A stretch of DNA of 64,000 bases from a virus (Duplodnaviria > Caudoviricetes): IMG/VR virus record IMGVR_UViG_3300021255_000054; one strand, written 5' to 3'. The notes beneath the pieces were generated by a model. That model was not told the DNA's origin and searched no databases. It saw nothing but the letters and a program-made list of their open reading frames with translations. Position numbers and translations under genes: made by a program. Positions within the stretch are counted from its first letter, which is position 1, and each line of letters opens with the position of its first letter. This document shows positions 1 through 9,259 of this stretch, piece after piece.

Positions 1-2
1 CT

Positions 3-836
3 ACATTAATTCGGACCACGCTTCCCTATTATGATAACATAGCTAAATCCATGCTGCCACCGCAAGTATATGATTATATCATTGCCAATAAATTATATAT
101 GGGGAATAAGATGTTTGACGCAAAAAAAATTACTAACGAAATTGTTGAATGGATTCGTAATTGGTTTAATGAAAATGGACCTAATTGTAATGCTGTAATT
201 GGAATTAGCGGTGGAAAAGATAGCACCGTGGTTGCTGGTCTATGCGTTAAGGCACTCGGTCATGATCGAGTATGCGGCATACTTATGCCAGATGGAGTGC
301 AAAATGATATTAACGATAGTATTAGAATTTGCGATTTTCTTAAAATTGATTATTTAAAAGTTGATATTCATCCTGCTGTCAAAGCTATATCTGCTTGTAT
401 GGGCGAAATTAGTACTGAACAAGCTATGATTAATCTTCCTCCCCGTGTTCGTATGACAACTCTTTATTACATTTCTCAGTGTATGAATGGACGAGTTGCA
501 AATACTTGTAACTATAGTGAAGATTATATTGGATATAGTACAAAATACGGCGATACAGCGGGCGATTTTGCGCCGCTTAAAGATTTAACTTCTGAGGAAG
601 TTATTGCGGTTGGCTGCGAACTTGGTCTGCCAGTGGATCTTCTTATCAAGCCGCCATCTGATGGTTTATGCGGAAAGACTGATGAAGATAATATTGGATT
701 TACTTATAAAGAACTAAATGATTATATTAGGTACAATATTCAACCCGCACCTGAAATTAAAAAGAAAATTGACGAACGGCATAAGCAAAATCTATTTAAA
801 CTTATGCCTATGGCACAGTATAAAATGGAGGAATAA
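3..836 (+). CDS. nadE: NadD-NadE fusion (5'-truncated by window): C-terminus of nicotinate-nucleotide adenylyltransferase in frame with NH3-dependent NAD+ synthetase
   Basis: Frame is open from base 3. (S)TLIR...LPPQVYDYIIANKLY resembles the NadD C-terminus and runs with no stop into NadE motifs GISGGKDS, NLPPRVRMTTLY, NTCNYSEDYIGYSTKYGD, PPSDGL..TDEDNIGFTY. Confidence 0.85.
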   Translation, partial: TLIRTTLPYYDNIAKSMLPPQVYDYIIANKLYMGNKMFDAKKITNEIVEWIRNWFNENGPNCNAVIGISGGKDSTVVAGLCVKALGHDRVCGILMPDGVQNDINDSIRICDFLKIDYLKVDIHPAVKAISACMGEISTEQAMINLPPRVRMTTLYYISQCMNGRVANTCNYSEDYIGYSTKYGDTAGDFAPLKDLTSEEVIAVGCELGLPVDLLIKPPSDGLCGKTDEDNIGFTYKELNDYIRYNIQPAPEIKKKIDERHKQNLFKLMPMAQYKMEE

Positions 837-837
837 A

Positions 838-1008
838 ATGGAGAACTTCTATGACAAACTAATTGACGAGTACTTTAATCGTCATCCAGATGCAGGCTTA
901 GCTTGGTGGATGCTACCACTTGAACAGCAACCAGAAGGCTTTAAACAAGAAATGTATGATATTATGTGGAATTTAACGCATAAAGAGCAAAATACGGATG
1001 TGCAGTAA
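838..1008 (+). CDS. hypothetical protein (56 aa)
   Basis: GGAGGA SD before ATG 838; packed after nadE. Confidence 0.6.
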   Translation: MENFYDKLIDEYFNRHPDAGLAWWMLPLEQQPEGFKQEMYDIMWNLTHKEQNTDVQ

Positions 1009-1009
1009 A

Positions 1010-1174
1010 ATGAAAATGATAGTAATAACAACAATTGATACACTCCCGGATTATTGCTATGAATGCCCGTGTTACAACGGTGAGCATTGCTATTGTCAGG
1101 CTGACAAAGAACGAAGATATTCTGAATATAGACCATATTGGTGTCCATTAAAGGAGATAAATAGTAATGACTGA
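1010..1174 (+). CDS. small Cys-rich phage protein (54 aa)
   Basis: Manual translation MKMIVITTIDTLPDYCYECP...RPYWCPLKEI; same pattern as 6934-7155. Confidence 0.55.
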   Translation: MKMIVITTIDTLPDYCYECPCYNGEHCYCQADKERRYSEYRPYWCPLKEINSND

Positions 1175-1607
1175 CAGGGAGAGAGTTATCAAAGGGCTAG
1201 AATGTTGTTGTTCACCAACAATATGTAAAAACAAATGCCCATATACAAGTTTGTACGAACCACGGAACGGATATGGATACTGTATAGAAGGATTATTGCC
1301 AGACGCCCTTGCCTTGCTGAAAGAACAAGAACCTAAAACACCGATACATATTTACGAAAAGTATCCGCAGCACGATTGGGAGACAGATGAAGATGGCAAC
1401 ATAGATGAATGGGCTATGAGTTATGACTTTCACAATGGCCCTGTATGTAAAAGATGTTATCACTCATTTTGCATTCATTGCGAACCCAATGGATTTGATG
1501 ATGGGCCGTGCGTAATAGATGAATATAAATGCCCAAAGTGCGAATGTATTCTTCAGAAAGGAACGAAATTCTGTTCTGAATGCGGACAAGCGATAAAATG
1601 GGATTAA
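1167..1607 (+). CDS. Zn-ribbon phage hypothetical protein
   Basis: Multiple CxxC pairs, C-terminal KFCSECGQAIKWD. Confidence 0.7.
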   Translation: MTDRERVIKGLECCCSPTICKNKCPYTSLYEPRNGYGYCIEGLLPDALALLKEQEPKTPIHIYEKYPQHDWETDEDGNIDEWAMSYDFHNGPVCKRCYHSFCIHCEPNGFDDGPCVIDEYKCPKCECILQKGTKFCSECGQAIKWD

Positions 1608-1627
1608 TATATAATTGGAGTGATAAA

Positions 1628-2176
1628 ATGAAAATTTATTTAGCAGGACCAATTTTTACTTATGGTGATTTACTTAGAAATACTGAATGGGCAGTTAAAA
1701 TACGAGCTGCAATTCCAGGAGTAGATCTATATTCCCCTGTTGAAAACACTGATATCAATGGAGTCGAAGGGAAAAAGAAATTTGCGGGCTCTCAAGAAAT
1801 TGCTAATGGGGATAATATTAGATTAAATAAAACTGATATTCTTGTGGCTTGCATAGATGGAGATGTCCTCCCATCCGGCACGTGTGCGGAAATTGGTAAA
1901 TTTCATGAAAAGATTGAACGTGGAGATCATAAATATATTGTTGGTATTTGTACTGATAATAGACAAATGTTCCTAACTCATAGTGAAGCCAAAGATAAAG
2001 GCGGCGCTGCGGCATTAGGTGAGCAGCAGTATAGTTATCAGAATCTTTATGTTACTGGTCTAATTAAACAGGGTGGCATCCTTGTGAGTAATATTGAAGA
2101 TGCTATTGTCTTTATTAAAGAACATGAAGATGAATTTAAAGAAGAATCAGCTAGCGCTGTATCTGAATGGAGGTAA
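1628..2176 (+). CDS. nucleoside 2-deoxyribosyltransferase-like (NDT/N-glycosidase fold) protein
   Basis: KIYLAGP, YSP, D..LVACIDG..SGTCAEIG motifs typical of the NDT family. Confidence 0.75.
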   Translation: MKIYLAGPIFTYGDLLRNTEWAVKIRAAIPGVDLYSPVENTDINGVEGKKKFAGSQEIANGDNIRLNKTDILVACIDGDVLPSGTCAEIGKFHEKIERGDHKYIVGICTDNRQMFLTHSEAKDKGGAAALGEQQYSYQNLYVTGLIKQGGILVSNIEDAIVFIKEHEDEFKEESASAVSEWR

Positions 2177-2178
2177 TT

Positions 2179-2646
2179 ATGGCTACTACAGATAAAGTTA
2201 CAACCACAACCACAGGCACGGGCACAACCTGTTAGTGTCCATATATCAAACCAAAAGCAGAATAGGGATGGGAGTGTCCTCGCTGCGGCCGCATTAACGC
2301 ACCTTGGGTAAGGCAATGTGATTGTTCTAGAAGTGATAAATGGGATATTACTTGGAACAAAGATGATTGCGCAAAACCGTGGTGGTATGATTATATTGTT
2401 AAATGCAACGAAGCAGATAACGTATTAAATAATCCTAACATTTACAAAGTTGGTGGTAGTGATTATAAAACGGAAAATACATATGTAAATTTTAATAATA
2501 CACAATCCAATAAAATTAATCCAAATTCAGTAACTACTGCTTGGAATTGTACTAATCCCGATTAGTGCCATTATACTACTGAATCAGTGGTAACTGATGG
2601 TATACATAATTTTTATAGTTTAAAAACACCAAAGGAGACTAAATAA
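2179..2646 (+). CDS. Zn-finger hypothetical protein, 155 aa, with 3 in-frame TAG (missed by ORF track)
   Basis: GGAGGT SD; ATG 2179 to TAA 2646 fills the gap exactly; contains (Q)GWECPRCGRINAPWVRQCDC. Confidence 0.7.
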
Positions 2647-2647
2647 T

Positions 2648-4051
2648 ATGTTATATAACATTAATGATAAGCTACCTGCAAAAAGACTCTTTGTCGCGGC
2701 AATGCAGCAAGTTATTGCCTGTTTCGTTGCTACAGTACTAATTCCACAGATTTGTGGAGTGCCTATCGCGCCCGCTATGCTAGGTGCCGCATTAGGCACA
2801 CTGCTTTATCAGCTATTTACTAAGGGTCAAAGTCCTATGTTTATTAGCTCTTCTGGAGCATTCGTAGCAGCAGTATTAGGCGCATTAGCACTTGGAACTG
2901 CCCCAAACTACCTCGCTGTATTTATTGGCGGCCTAATTGTATGCCTTGTATATTTTGCGGTCGGGCTAGCAATTAATCATTTTGGTACAGATTGGATTAA
3001 CAAAGTATTGCCGCCAGTTGTAATTGGCCCAATCGTAGCAGTTATCGGCTTAAATCTTGCTACATTCCTGCCAACATATTTCCAAATTAATGGGCAGTAT
3101 AGTTTAATTGGCTTTGGTCTAGGAATGCTTACACTTCTAATTACCGCACTAATTTCTCATTATGGAAAAGGCTTTATTAAGAATCTTCCATTCCTAATTG
3201 CTATTCTTATTGTGTATGCCTTTGCCGCAATATTAACAGTATGCGGTATTCCAATTATTGACTTTAGCGTATTTAATGGAGTAAGATTATTCCAGATGCC
3301 AGACTTTGCATTCTTACATTTTGGCGCTTTTGATTGGAGTCTATTACCACAGATTCTATTACTTTTCCTGCCTCTATCACTGGTAACACTATGTGAGCAT
3401 ACGTCAGACCATAAGGCCCTAAGCGCTGTTATCGGTACAGATTTAACACAGAAGCCTGGCCTTGGTTATACTCTAATGGGTGATGGTGCTGCCACTGCTC
3501 TTGGTACTCTTATTGGTGCAATGCCTAATACGAGCTATGGCGAAAGTGTAGGAACTACAGGATTTAGTAAAATCTGTTCTAAGTATGTGATTACACTTGC
3601 CGCAATTATTATGGGTATTGCCGCATTTATTGGGCCATTGCAGGCTTTCCTTGTTAGTATTCCCAGTGCTATCTTTGGTGGGTGTGCGGCGATCCTTTAT
3701 GGATATATTACTCTAAGTGGTATCCGTACTATTAAAGATAGTAATATTGATTTAAATAATAATAAGAATGTTACTATTATCGCCGCGGTATTAACTCTTG
3801 GCGTATCTGGCGCAGTATGTAACTTTGGAATAGTAAGTATTGGAACCACAGCATTAGCAATGATTGTTGGTATTGTATTAAATCTTATTCTTAAAGATAA
3901 ACCAAAATTCGGTGTAAATGAACCCGCAACGATTACATTTACTAACACTAAAACTGGTGAATCTTTTGATATAAAAGAAAAACCACAACGCGGATTGCGC
4001 GCGCAACTTAATGTTCTAGATGACGCTGCAATATTGGAAGAAAAACAATGA
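2648..4051 (+). CDS. NCS2/UraA-family nucleobase permease
   Basis: Many TM segments; SSSGAF, LPPVVIGP, PNTSYGESVG, NNNKN motifs. Confidence 0.85.
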   Translation: MLYNINDKLPAKRLFVAAMQQVIACFVATVLIPQICGVPIAPAMLGAALGTLLYQLFTKGQSPMFISSSGAFVAAVLGALALGTAPNYLAVFIGGLIVCLVYFAVGLAINHFGTDWINKVLPPVVIGPIVAVIGLNLATFLPTYFQINGQYSLIGFGLGMLTLLITALISHYGKGFIKNLPFLIAILIVYAFAAILTVCGIPIIDFSVFNGVRLFQMPDFAFLHFGAFDWSLLPQILLLFLPLSLVTLCEHTSDHKALSAVIGTDLTQKPGLGYTLMGDGAATALGTLIGAMPNTSYGESVGTTGFSKICSKYVITLAAIIMGIAAFIGPLQAFLVSIPSAIFGGCAAILYGYITLSGIRTIKDSNIDLNNNKNVTIIAAVLTLGVSGAVCNFGIVSIGTTALAMIVGIVLNLILKDKPKFGVNEPATITFTNTKTGESFDIKEKPQRGLRAQLNVLDDAAILEEKQ

Positions 4052-4064
4052 TAATAATAAAATT

Positions 4065-4094
4065 GGGGAGTTGAAATTTCAACTCTCCTTATTT
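4065..4094 (+). terminator. hairpin/probable intrinsic terminator
   Basis: GGGGAGTTGAAA/TTTCAACTCTCC followed by TTATTT. Confidence 0.5.
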
Positions 4095-4121
4095 GACTTT
4101 CTATAAAAATTAAGATATAAT
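4093..4121 (+). promoter_or_regulatory. sigmaA/sigma70-type promoter
   Basis: TTGACT-N17-TATAAT. Confidence 0.7.
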
Positions 4122-4142
4122 TTATATAGAAAGTGAGGGGCG

Positions 4143-4511
4143 ATGATAATGACTAATTGGAAAGAAATGACTCAGTTCAATGATCAGGACGCCAATGAAT
4201 TGATCAATGCCGCGCACGCACATCTGGTAGATATGGAATTAAAAAATCAGTGGGATTCTACTGTAAATGAATTCAAGTTCCAAGATTTTCTGCAGCAAGC
4301 ATTCGATTATATGCTGCAGCATATTGAGGATCAGTTGCATGATGATGTGGCTAAGTATCAGTGGTATCCTAAGATCAAAGAGTTTTGGGATTATGCTGAG
4401 TTGATCCAAATGGTAGATTGTACTGTTAATGACGCTATTGAAGATTTTCACACAAGTAAAATCTATGAGATGGTTGAAACGTGGTGGGCGGAAACTTTCG
4501 GTTTGGTATAA
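4143..4511 (+). CDS. hypothetical protein
   Basis: ORF with SD downstream of promoter. Confidence 0.65.
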   Translation: MIMTNWKEMTQFNDQDANELINAAHAHLVDMELKNQWDSTVNEFKFQDFLQQAFDYMLQHIEDQLHDDVAKYQWYPKIKEFWDYAELIQMVDCTVNDAIEDFHTSKIYEMVETWWAETFGLV

Positions 4512-4593
4512 AAGCTAATCTCATTTGAAAACTTTTAAAAATAAAAATTATTTTATAATTTTTATAGAAAGAAAGGATAGTGGAATTCTGATA

Positions 4594-4785
4594 ATGACAA
4601 GACAAGAAATAATTGATGCATTTAAAGCAGAACTGAATAAATCTTATACAATATGTACAGTTACTTATAAAAATCTTATTCCTATTAAAATAAAAGAAAC
4701 CGAGTATCCACAGCTTTCATTGACATTTGACCGTTCTATAATTGAAGCAGCATTGGTTTTATTGGAGACTAAAGATGAAATTTAA
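4594..4785 (+). CDS. hypothetical protein
   Basis: MTRQEIIDAF start chosen after AAAGGA. Confidence 0.5.
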   Translation: MTRQEIIDAFKAELNKSYTICTVTYKNLIPIKIKETEYPQLSLTFDRSIIEAALVLLETKDEI

Positions 4786-5290
4786 AGATTGTGTTAAAAA
4801 CTTTCCACTTAATGATACATTAGTTGGATATTATGATACTGAGCAGTCTTTTAGCATATCCGTTGGTAGAAGTGTAGATAATATTGAAAAGTGGCGCGAT
4901 AATCCTTTTTGGGAAGATAATAACAGTTATGCATTCATAACTTATGAGCCATTTGATAATAAATTTACTTGTTGGAGCTTCTTATTTGATAGAGTTAAAG
5001 GATATCTAAATGAAACAGATGATCCTGATAACTTTTATCCAGCTACATACTCCGAAGATTTTGGCTGGACAAAAATTGACCCATCCGATCCTAAAGTAAT
5101 ATTTCCCGATGATAAGCTTGCGATAAAGCTTGGTTGGCCACTTGAAGAGCTTACAACAGATAAATATCGGCGCGAACAGGTAGCTTATTTATTTGACCCT
5201 GAAAGTTATTTGAATGGATATATATTGACAAGTCCGGATGCTATAAAAAAGTTTGTTAAATCGAAAAATTTTAGAATGAATGCAGAATAA
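4775..5290 (+). CDS. hypothetical protein
   Basis: GGAG SD, overlaps upstream ORF. Confidence 0.6.
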   Translation: MKFKDCVKNFPLNDTLVGYYDTEQSFSISVGRSVDNIEKWRDNPFWEDNNSYAFITYEPFDNKFTCWSFLFDRVKGYLNETDDPDNFYPATYSEDFGWTKIDPSDPKVIFPDDKLAIKLGWPLEELTTDKYRREQVAYLFDPESYLNGYILTSPDAIKKFVKSKNFRMNAE

Positions 5291-5364
5291 TTAAATTACC
5301 TATTCTATGTGAGAATAGGTATATTTCTTTTACTTTTAATTATGTCTCTGAGGCAGGTGAGAAT

Positions 5365-5547
5365 ATGACACGAGATATTATAAAACAATATGAGCTATTT
5401 GTATATAATAAAGGATGGACTCAAACTGAAGCGGCAGAATATATTGGATGCAGCCAAGAACACCTAAGCCGTATCTTTAAAGGAACAAAAAATCCTTCAG
5501 TTAAACTATTAGATAAAATGGAAGAGGTTATACAGAATGACAGATAA
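5365..5547 (+). CDS. XRE/Cro-type HTH regulator
   Basis: WTQTEAAEYIGCSQEHLSRIFKGTKNPS. Confidence 0.8.
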   Translation: MTRDIIKQYELFVYNKGWTQTEAAEYIGCSQEHLSRIFKGTKNPSVKLLDKMEEVIQNDR

Positions 5548-5719
5548 ACTTTATATTATTTATATGCCACGAGTAGCAGCCGCATTACGTGAATTAGGCT
5601 TTAAAATTATAAAAGTAACACCCAATATAAAGAAACCTCAATATGATGTATATTGGTTTAATGACACGCCTGAATTACGCGCGGCAATTCCTACAGCTGT
5701 AAAAATGGCTAAGCGGTAA
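5537..5719 (+). CDS. small conserved phage protein
   Basis: 60-aa ORF overlapping the HTH gene. Confidence 0.6.
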   Translation: MTDKLYIIYMPRVAAALRELGFKIIKVTPNIKKPQYDVYWFNDTPELRAAIPTAVKMAKR

Positions 5720-5738
5720 TTCAGGAGGTATTCAGGTT

Positions 5739-6074
5739 ATGGCAGCAGAAAAGAAAGCACTCGCATTATTGAGCGATGTAGATAAATCTACTTATAATGA
5801 AAAGAATTTATTTTATCAAATTGCACCCGAAATGTTTGAAAAGATCAACCAAAAAATTGATAACAAAAGTGGAGCACAAAAGACATTATTACTTTATTTA
5901 ATCTTTCAGCGGCAAAATGGTGATTTTCACCCAGCAGAAGCAACTATTCTTAAAGCGTGTAATTTTGATCATAAACGCTATAATGCTGCACGCGATGCGC
6001 TTATTGAGCGCGGATTTTTAGAATATGAGCCATATAAATATCTTAAAATTATGTACAAAAAAATTATGGAATAA
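5739..6074 (+). CDS. putative winged-helix DNA-binding protein (possible origin-binding protein)
   Basis: LLLYL..FHPAEATILKAC..YNAARDALIERGFL wHTH-like pattern; abuts a repeat array. Confidence 0.5.
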   Translation: MAAEKKALALLSDVDKSTYNEKNLFYQIAPEMFEKINQKIDNKSGAQKTLLLYLIFQRQNGDFHPAEATILKACNFDHKRYNAARDALIERGFLEYEPYKYLKIMYKKIME

Positions 6075-6230
6075 TGTATGTTTTGAGAACACACCTGTGT
6101 CTTCACGACACACTTCATCAATGTATGTTTTGAGAACACAGGTATGTCGTGAAGACACACCTGATGTGTGTCTTCAAATCCAGAAGGTGTGTCGTGAAAA
6201 CACTCTTCATCTATGTTGTGAGAACACACA
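6074..6230 (+). repeat. array of ~7 imperfect ~19-bp pseudo-palindromic repeats (iteron-like), followed by AT-rich tract and GC hairpin
   Basis: ATGTATGTTTTGAGAACACA twice (6074, 6121); GTATGTCGTGAAGACACAC, GTGTGTCGTGAAAACAC, inverted GTGTCTTCACGACACAC, TATGTTGTGAGAACACAC. Confidence 0.8.
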
Positions 6231-6326
6231 TAATATAATAAAACATAATAAAATTAACATAATAAAAATAAAATAAATGCGGCGCAAGTTTGCGCTGGCG
6301 CGCAAACCGCCGCGAAAGGAGTAAAT

Positions 6327-6557
6327 ATGAGTAATTTAACAGATGAAAATTTCTTAAAACATCAAACAAAAAAACAACTTATAATCTATCTTCATAATAC
6401 AGAATTAGAACTTGAGAATTTACGTAATCGAATGTATAAAATAACAGGATGCCGTAATTTCGGTAATCCTGATGGAACGGATGGTGTTTGTGTTGAGTGT
6501 TATTATAATAAAAAAGAATTATTTGATAAATGTTGGGACTTTAAATTTAATAATTGA
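6327..6557 (+). CDS. hypothetical protein
   Basis: AAGGAG SD; Cys-containing C-terminus. Confidence 0.6.
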   Translation: MSNLTDENFLKHQTKKQLIIYLHNTELELENLRNRMYKITGCRNFGNPDGTDGVCVECYYNKKELFDKCWDFKFNN

Positions 6558-6582
6558 CATATAATCAAATTTATATTATAAT
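6554..6582 (+). promoter_or_regulatory. sigmaA-type promoter
   Basis: TTGACA-N17-TATAAT perfect consensus. Confidence 0.8.
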
Positions 6583-6603
6583 AAAGAAAAAAGAGGTAAT
6601 AAT

Positions 6604-6837
6604 ATGAAAGAATGTAGTTTTTGCCGCAAAATTACACAATCTGCTTATGATTTAAATGAAGGTCAAGAAGTCAATCAAGGCTTTGAAGGCGAAGCATTCA
6701 TTGATTTACTAGGAGATCTAATTGTTCATATAAATGATTTGCAAGGAAGTAGAGACGTTGAGGCCGCACTTCATATTAATTACTGTCCTTGGTGCGGCCA
6801 AAAGATTGAGAGGTTATCTAAATGGAACCTAAAGTAA
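6604..6837 (+). CDS. small Zn-ribbon protein
   Basis: CSFC ... INYCPWCGQKI. Confidence 0.65.
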   Translation: MKECSFCRKITQSAYDLNEGQEVNQGFEGEAFIDLLGDLIVHINDLQGSRDVEAALHINYCPWCGQKIERLSKWNLK

Positions 6838-6933
6838 TAGATTTTATTGATGTAGTACATGCTGAATATGGAACGATAGTTTGGCTAGGCAAACCTAGTA
6901 AAGAACAACGTGAAGCAAGAAGGTGGTAAAGTT

Positions 6934-7155
6934 ATGATTGCTATTGATATGAATATGCCGCGTGGTTGTGATGGTTGTTTATTCTTATTTCAAGGTAGAA
7001 CTGATGATCTTTCAATTCGTAAGCTTAATGGCCCTGAATTTTATTATCGTTGCTCTATAGAATGGCGCTTGGATATTACAGATAATGATAAACCATTACA
7101 AAAACGGCATAAAAATTGCCCACTAATTGAAATTAAAGAGGAGAATAAAAAATGA
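6934..7155 (+). CDS. small Cys-rich protein
   Basis: MPRGCDGC ... RHKNCPLIEI. Confidence 0.6.
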   Translation: MIAIDMNMPRGCDGCLFLFQGRTDDLSIRKLNGPEFYYRCSIEWRLDITDNDKPLQKRHKNCPLIEIKEENKK

Positions 7156-7391
7156 AATGTAAATTATGTGAAGAAGGGGTATCCGCAGTAAAATATTATG
7201 CAAATTCTCAACAAGGAATAGATGATCCTAGAATTAAATATGAAACTGAAATTTCACTAGACTCTAGAGAATTAACAGTATATACAAATATGCTAAACTC
7301 AATGGGTTATCCAAAATCAGAAATTTTAACTCAGATTCCTATTTACTATTGTCCTTGGTGCGGAAGAAAATTAAATGAATATGAGGAATAA
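7152..7391 (+). CDS. small Zn-ribbon protein (paralog-like of 6604-6837)
   Basis: CKLC ... IYYCPWCGRKL. Confidence 0.65.
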   Translation: MKCKLCEEGVSAVKYYANSQQGIDDPRIKYETEISLDSRELTVYTNMLNSMGYPKSEILTQIPIYYCPWCGRKLNEYEE

Positions 7392-7396
7392 ATAAA

Positions 7397-7720
7397 ATGG
7401 AAATTCTTGAAACAATTCCAATATATGGTACTCCTGTTTGGGTTACTATTTTAATAGTATGCGGTTTTGGAGCATTAATCCTTTCTATTGGTATTGCAGA
7501 AACTAAATATGCATGTTATATTGCCTTATTTATAGGCGCGTTAGCTGTATTAACTGGACTAGTAGGTCTTATTGTACTAGGCGATACAGAATTTAAACGT
7601 AATGAATATATAGTACGCATTACTGATATGCCAGCTCAGGAATTCGTGGAAAAATACGAAGTAACAAAGCACTTTGAATATTCTGATGTAATTCAAGTAA
7701 AGGAGATTGAAAAGAAATGA
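7397..7720 (+). CDS. two-TM membrane protein
   Basis: Two hydrophobic stretches in the N-half. Confidence 0.65.
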   Translation: MEILETIPIYGTPVWVTILIVCGFGALILSIGIAETKYACYIALFIGALAVLTGLVGLIVLGDTEFKRNEYIVRITDMPAQEFVEKYEVTKHFEYSDVIQVKEIEKK

Positions 7721-8007
7721 AAGTAATTGCTCGCCCGATTGGTACTGGTAAAACTCGTGAGCTATTAGAAACGGCATTAGAAAATGATGGAATTGTCCTA
7801 ACAACTAATAAGCGCGCACTGATTGAAAAGGCAAAAGCATATGGATTTGATGATATCTGTATTGTTGATTGGAATGATCTTCTTTATAATGATTATGATC
7901 ACGAGAAACCATTATATGTAAATAAACTTGATGATGCTATGGAAGAATATTTTAGACTAGATTTTGGTTTAAAGCTCGCGGGCTATAGTGTTGCTATGGA
8001 GGTATAA
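7717..8007 (+). CDS. small P-loop-containing protein
   Basis: ARPIGTGKT Walker A-like motif at the N-terminus of a 96-aa ORF. Confidence 0.55.
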   Translation: MKVIARPIGTGKTRELLETALENDGIVLTTNKRALIEKAKAYGFDDICIVDWNDLLYNDYDHEKPLYVNKLDDAMEEYFRLDFGLKLAGYSVAMEV

Positions 8008-8008
8008 T

Positions 8009-8173
8009 ATGGGAGCACCGCAAATAATTTGGTTTATAATCGCTATAATTGATATTGTTTATACAGGTATTCACAATGGAGAACGAAAGGAAGGTGAATA
8101 TAATTTTTGGACTAATTTACTGGCTATCATTATTGAATACTTTTTCTTTAAGTGGGGAGGATTTTTTAAGTAA
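8009..8173 (+). CDS. small membrane protein
   Basis: GGAGGT SD; two hydrophobic segments ending WGGFFK. Confidence 0.6.
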   Translation: MGAPQIIWFIIAIIDIVYTGIHNGERKEGEYNFWTNLLAIIIEYFFFKWGGFFK

Positions 8174-8592
8174 TGTTTACTAGTTATGATACTGAAACCC
8201 AGCAGGTATCACATGTTTATAGTAAAGATGAACTTGTTAAATCTATAGATGATACTATTAGTTATTATGAGCGCTCACTTAAACGCTTACATGATGAAAA
8301 TAAGAAAATGCGCGAAAATGCTAAAGCAGAAGTCAGTAAAGAATTTGAACATGAAATTAATTATTTGCGCGAAAAGCTAAGACTTTCATATGGAAGTTTT
8401 GCTTCTCAAAAAGAACTTGATGCATATAATGATTTTGAACAGCGGCATATGCATGACCGTGAAACTTCAAGATATAATGGTGGCCGCGCGCCTTACTTAA
8501 TTCCAACGGGAACTGGACTTGGAGTTATTTTACATGTTAAATGCCCCATTTGCGGTGAAGAAGAAAATATTACTGATGATAGCGTGTGGTGA
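8173..8592 (+). CDS. hypothetical protein with C-terminal CPIC
   Basis: TGLGVILHVKCPICG..DITD pattern. Confidence 0.65.
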   Translation: MFTSYDTETQQVSHVYSKDELVKSIDDTISYYERSLKRLHDENKKMRENAKAEVSKEFEHEINYLREKLRLSYGSFASQKELDAYNDFEQRHMHDRETSRYNGGRAPYLIPTGTGLGVILHVKCPICGEEENITDDSVW

Positions 8593-8596
8593 AATT

Positions 8597-8803
8597 ATGA
8601 AATTACATATTAAAATCTCTTATGAATGGGAAGAAGATGTAACTGAAATGCTATAGGAATGGTTAGAAGATGGCTATACTATAGAAGAATTTAAACAACA
8701 AGAAGTTTCTTTACATCATGCTATTGATAGGTTAGATACCGCTGCAGATAATCACATATTATCTAATTATAAACGTGAATTAGAATAGGAGTGGATTGAA
8801 TGA
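8597..8803 (+). CDS. hypothetical protein, 68 aa, with 2 in-frame TAG
   Basis: Fills the gap; its TGA overlaps the next ATG (ATGA). Confidence 0.6.
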
Positions 8804-9252
8804 AAATTTATCTTGCTGGCCCATGTGATACTGATCATCGTACAATGATGATGTCAATTGCAAAGTACTTTCGTGATAATGGACAAGAAGTGTATTGTCC
8901 TTTTGAACTTAAAATTGAAAATGCTTGGGATTATTCGCAAGAAGATTGGGCGCGATTGGTCTTTACAGAAGATATTAAAGCTATGAATGATTGTGATCTA
9001 ATGGTTGCTATTAGCCCAGGACGCATTGGAAGTGGCGGCACCAACTGGGAGATTGGGTATGCCTATGGCCGCGGAATTCCAGTTCATGTAATTCAAGTTG
9101 AAAACAATCCAACTTCTCTAATGATCTATTGTGGTTGTACTAACTTTATTAATTATGATCCAGCATATAATCCACTCGCCAATGAACTACAGTGGATTTG
9201 CGACCATGGAGCAACTGAATATCATGGAAAATGTAAAACAGTATTGACTTGA
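8800..9252 (+). CDS. nucleoside 2-deoxyribosyltransferase-like protein (second copy)
   Basis: KIYLAGP, VYCP, EDIKAMNDCD, GTNWEIGYAYGRGIPV. Confidence 0.8.
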   Translation: MKIYLAGPCDTDHRTMMMSIAKYFRDNGQEVYCPFELKIENAWDYSQEDWARLVFTEDIKAMNDCDLMVAISPGRIGSGGTNWEIGYAYGRGIPVHVIQVENNPTSLMIYCGCTNFINYDPAYNPLANELQWICDHGATEYHGKCKTVLT

Positions 9253-9259
9253 GGTAATT

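Noticed and set aside
6074-6230. CRISPR array
   Set aside because: Repeats are ~19 bp, degenerate, in both orientations and nearly abutting, with no unique 30-40 nt spacers and no cas genes.
5978-6276. ORFs 5978-6229 (-) and 6025-6276 (+)
   Set aside because: They are translations of the DNA repeat array and AT tract, probably non-coding.
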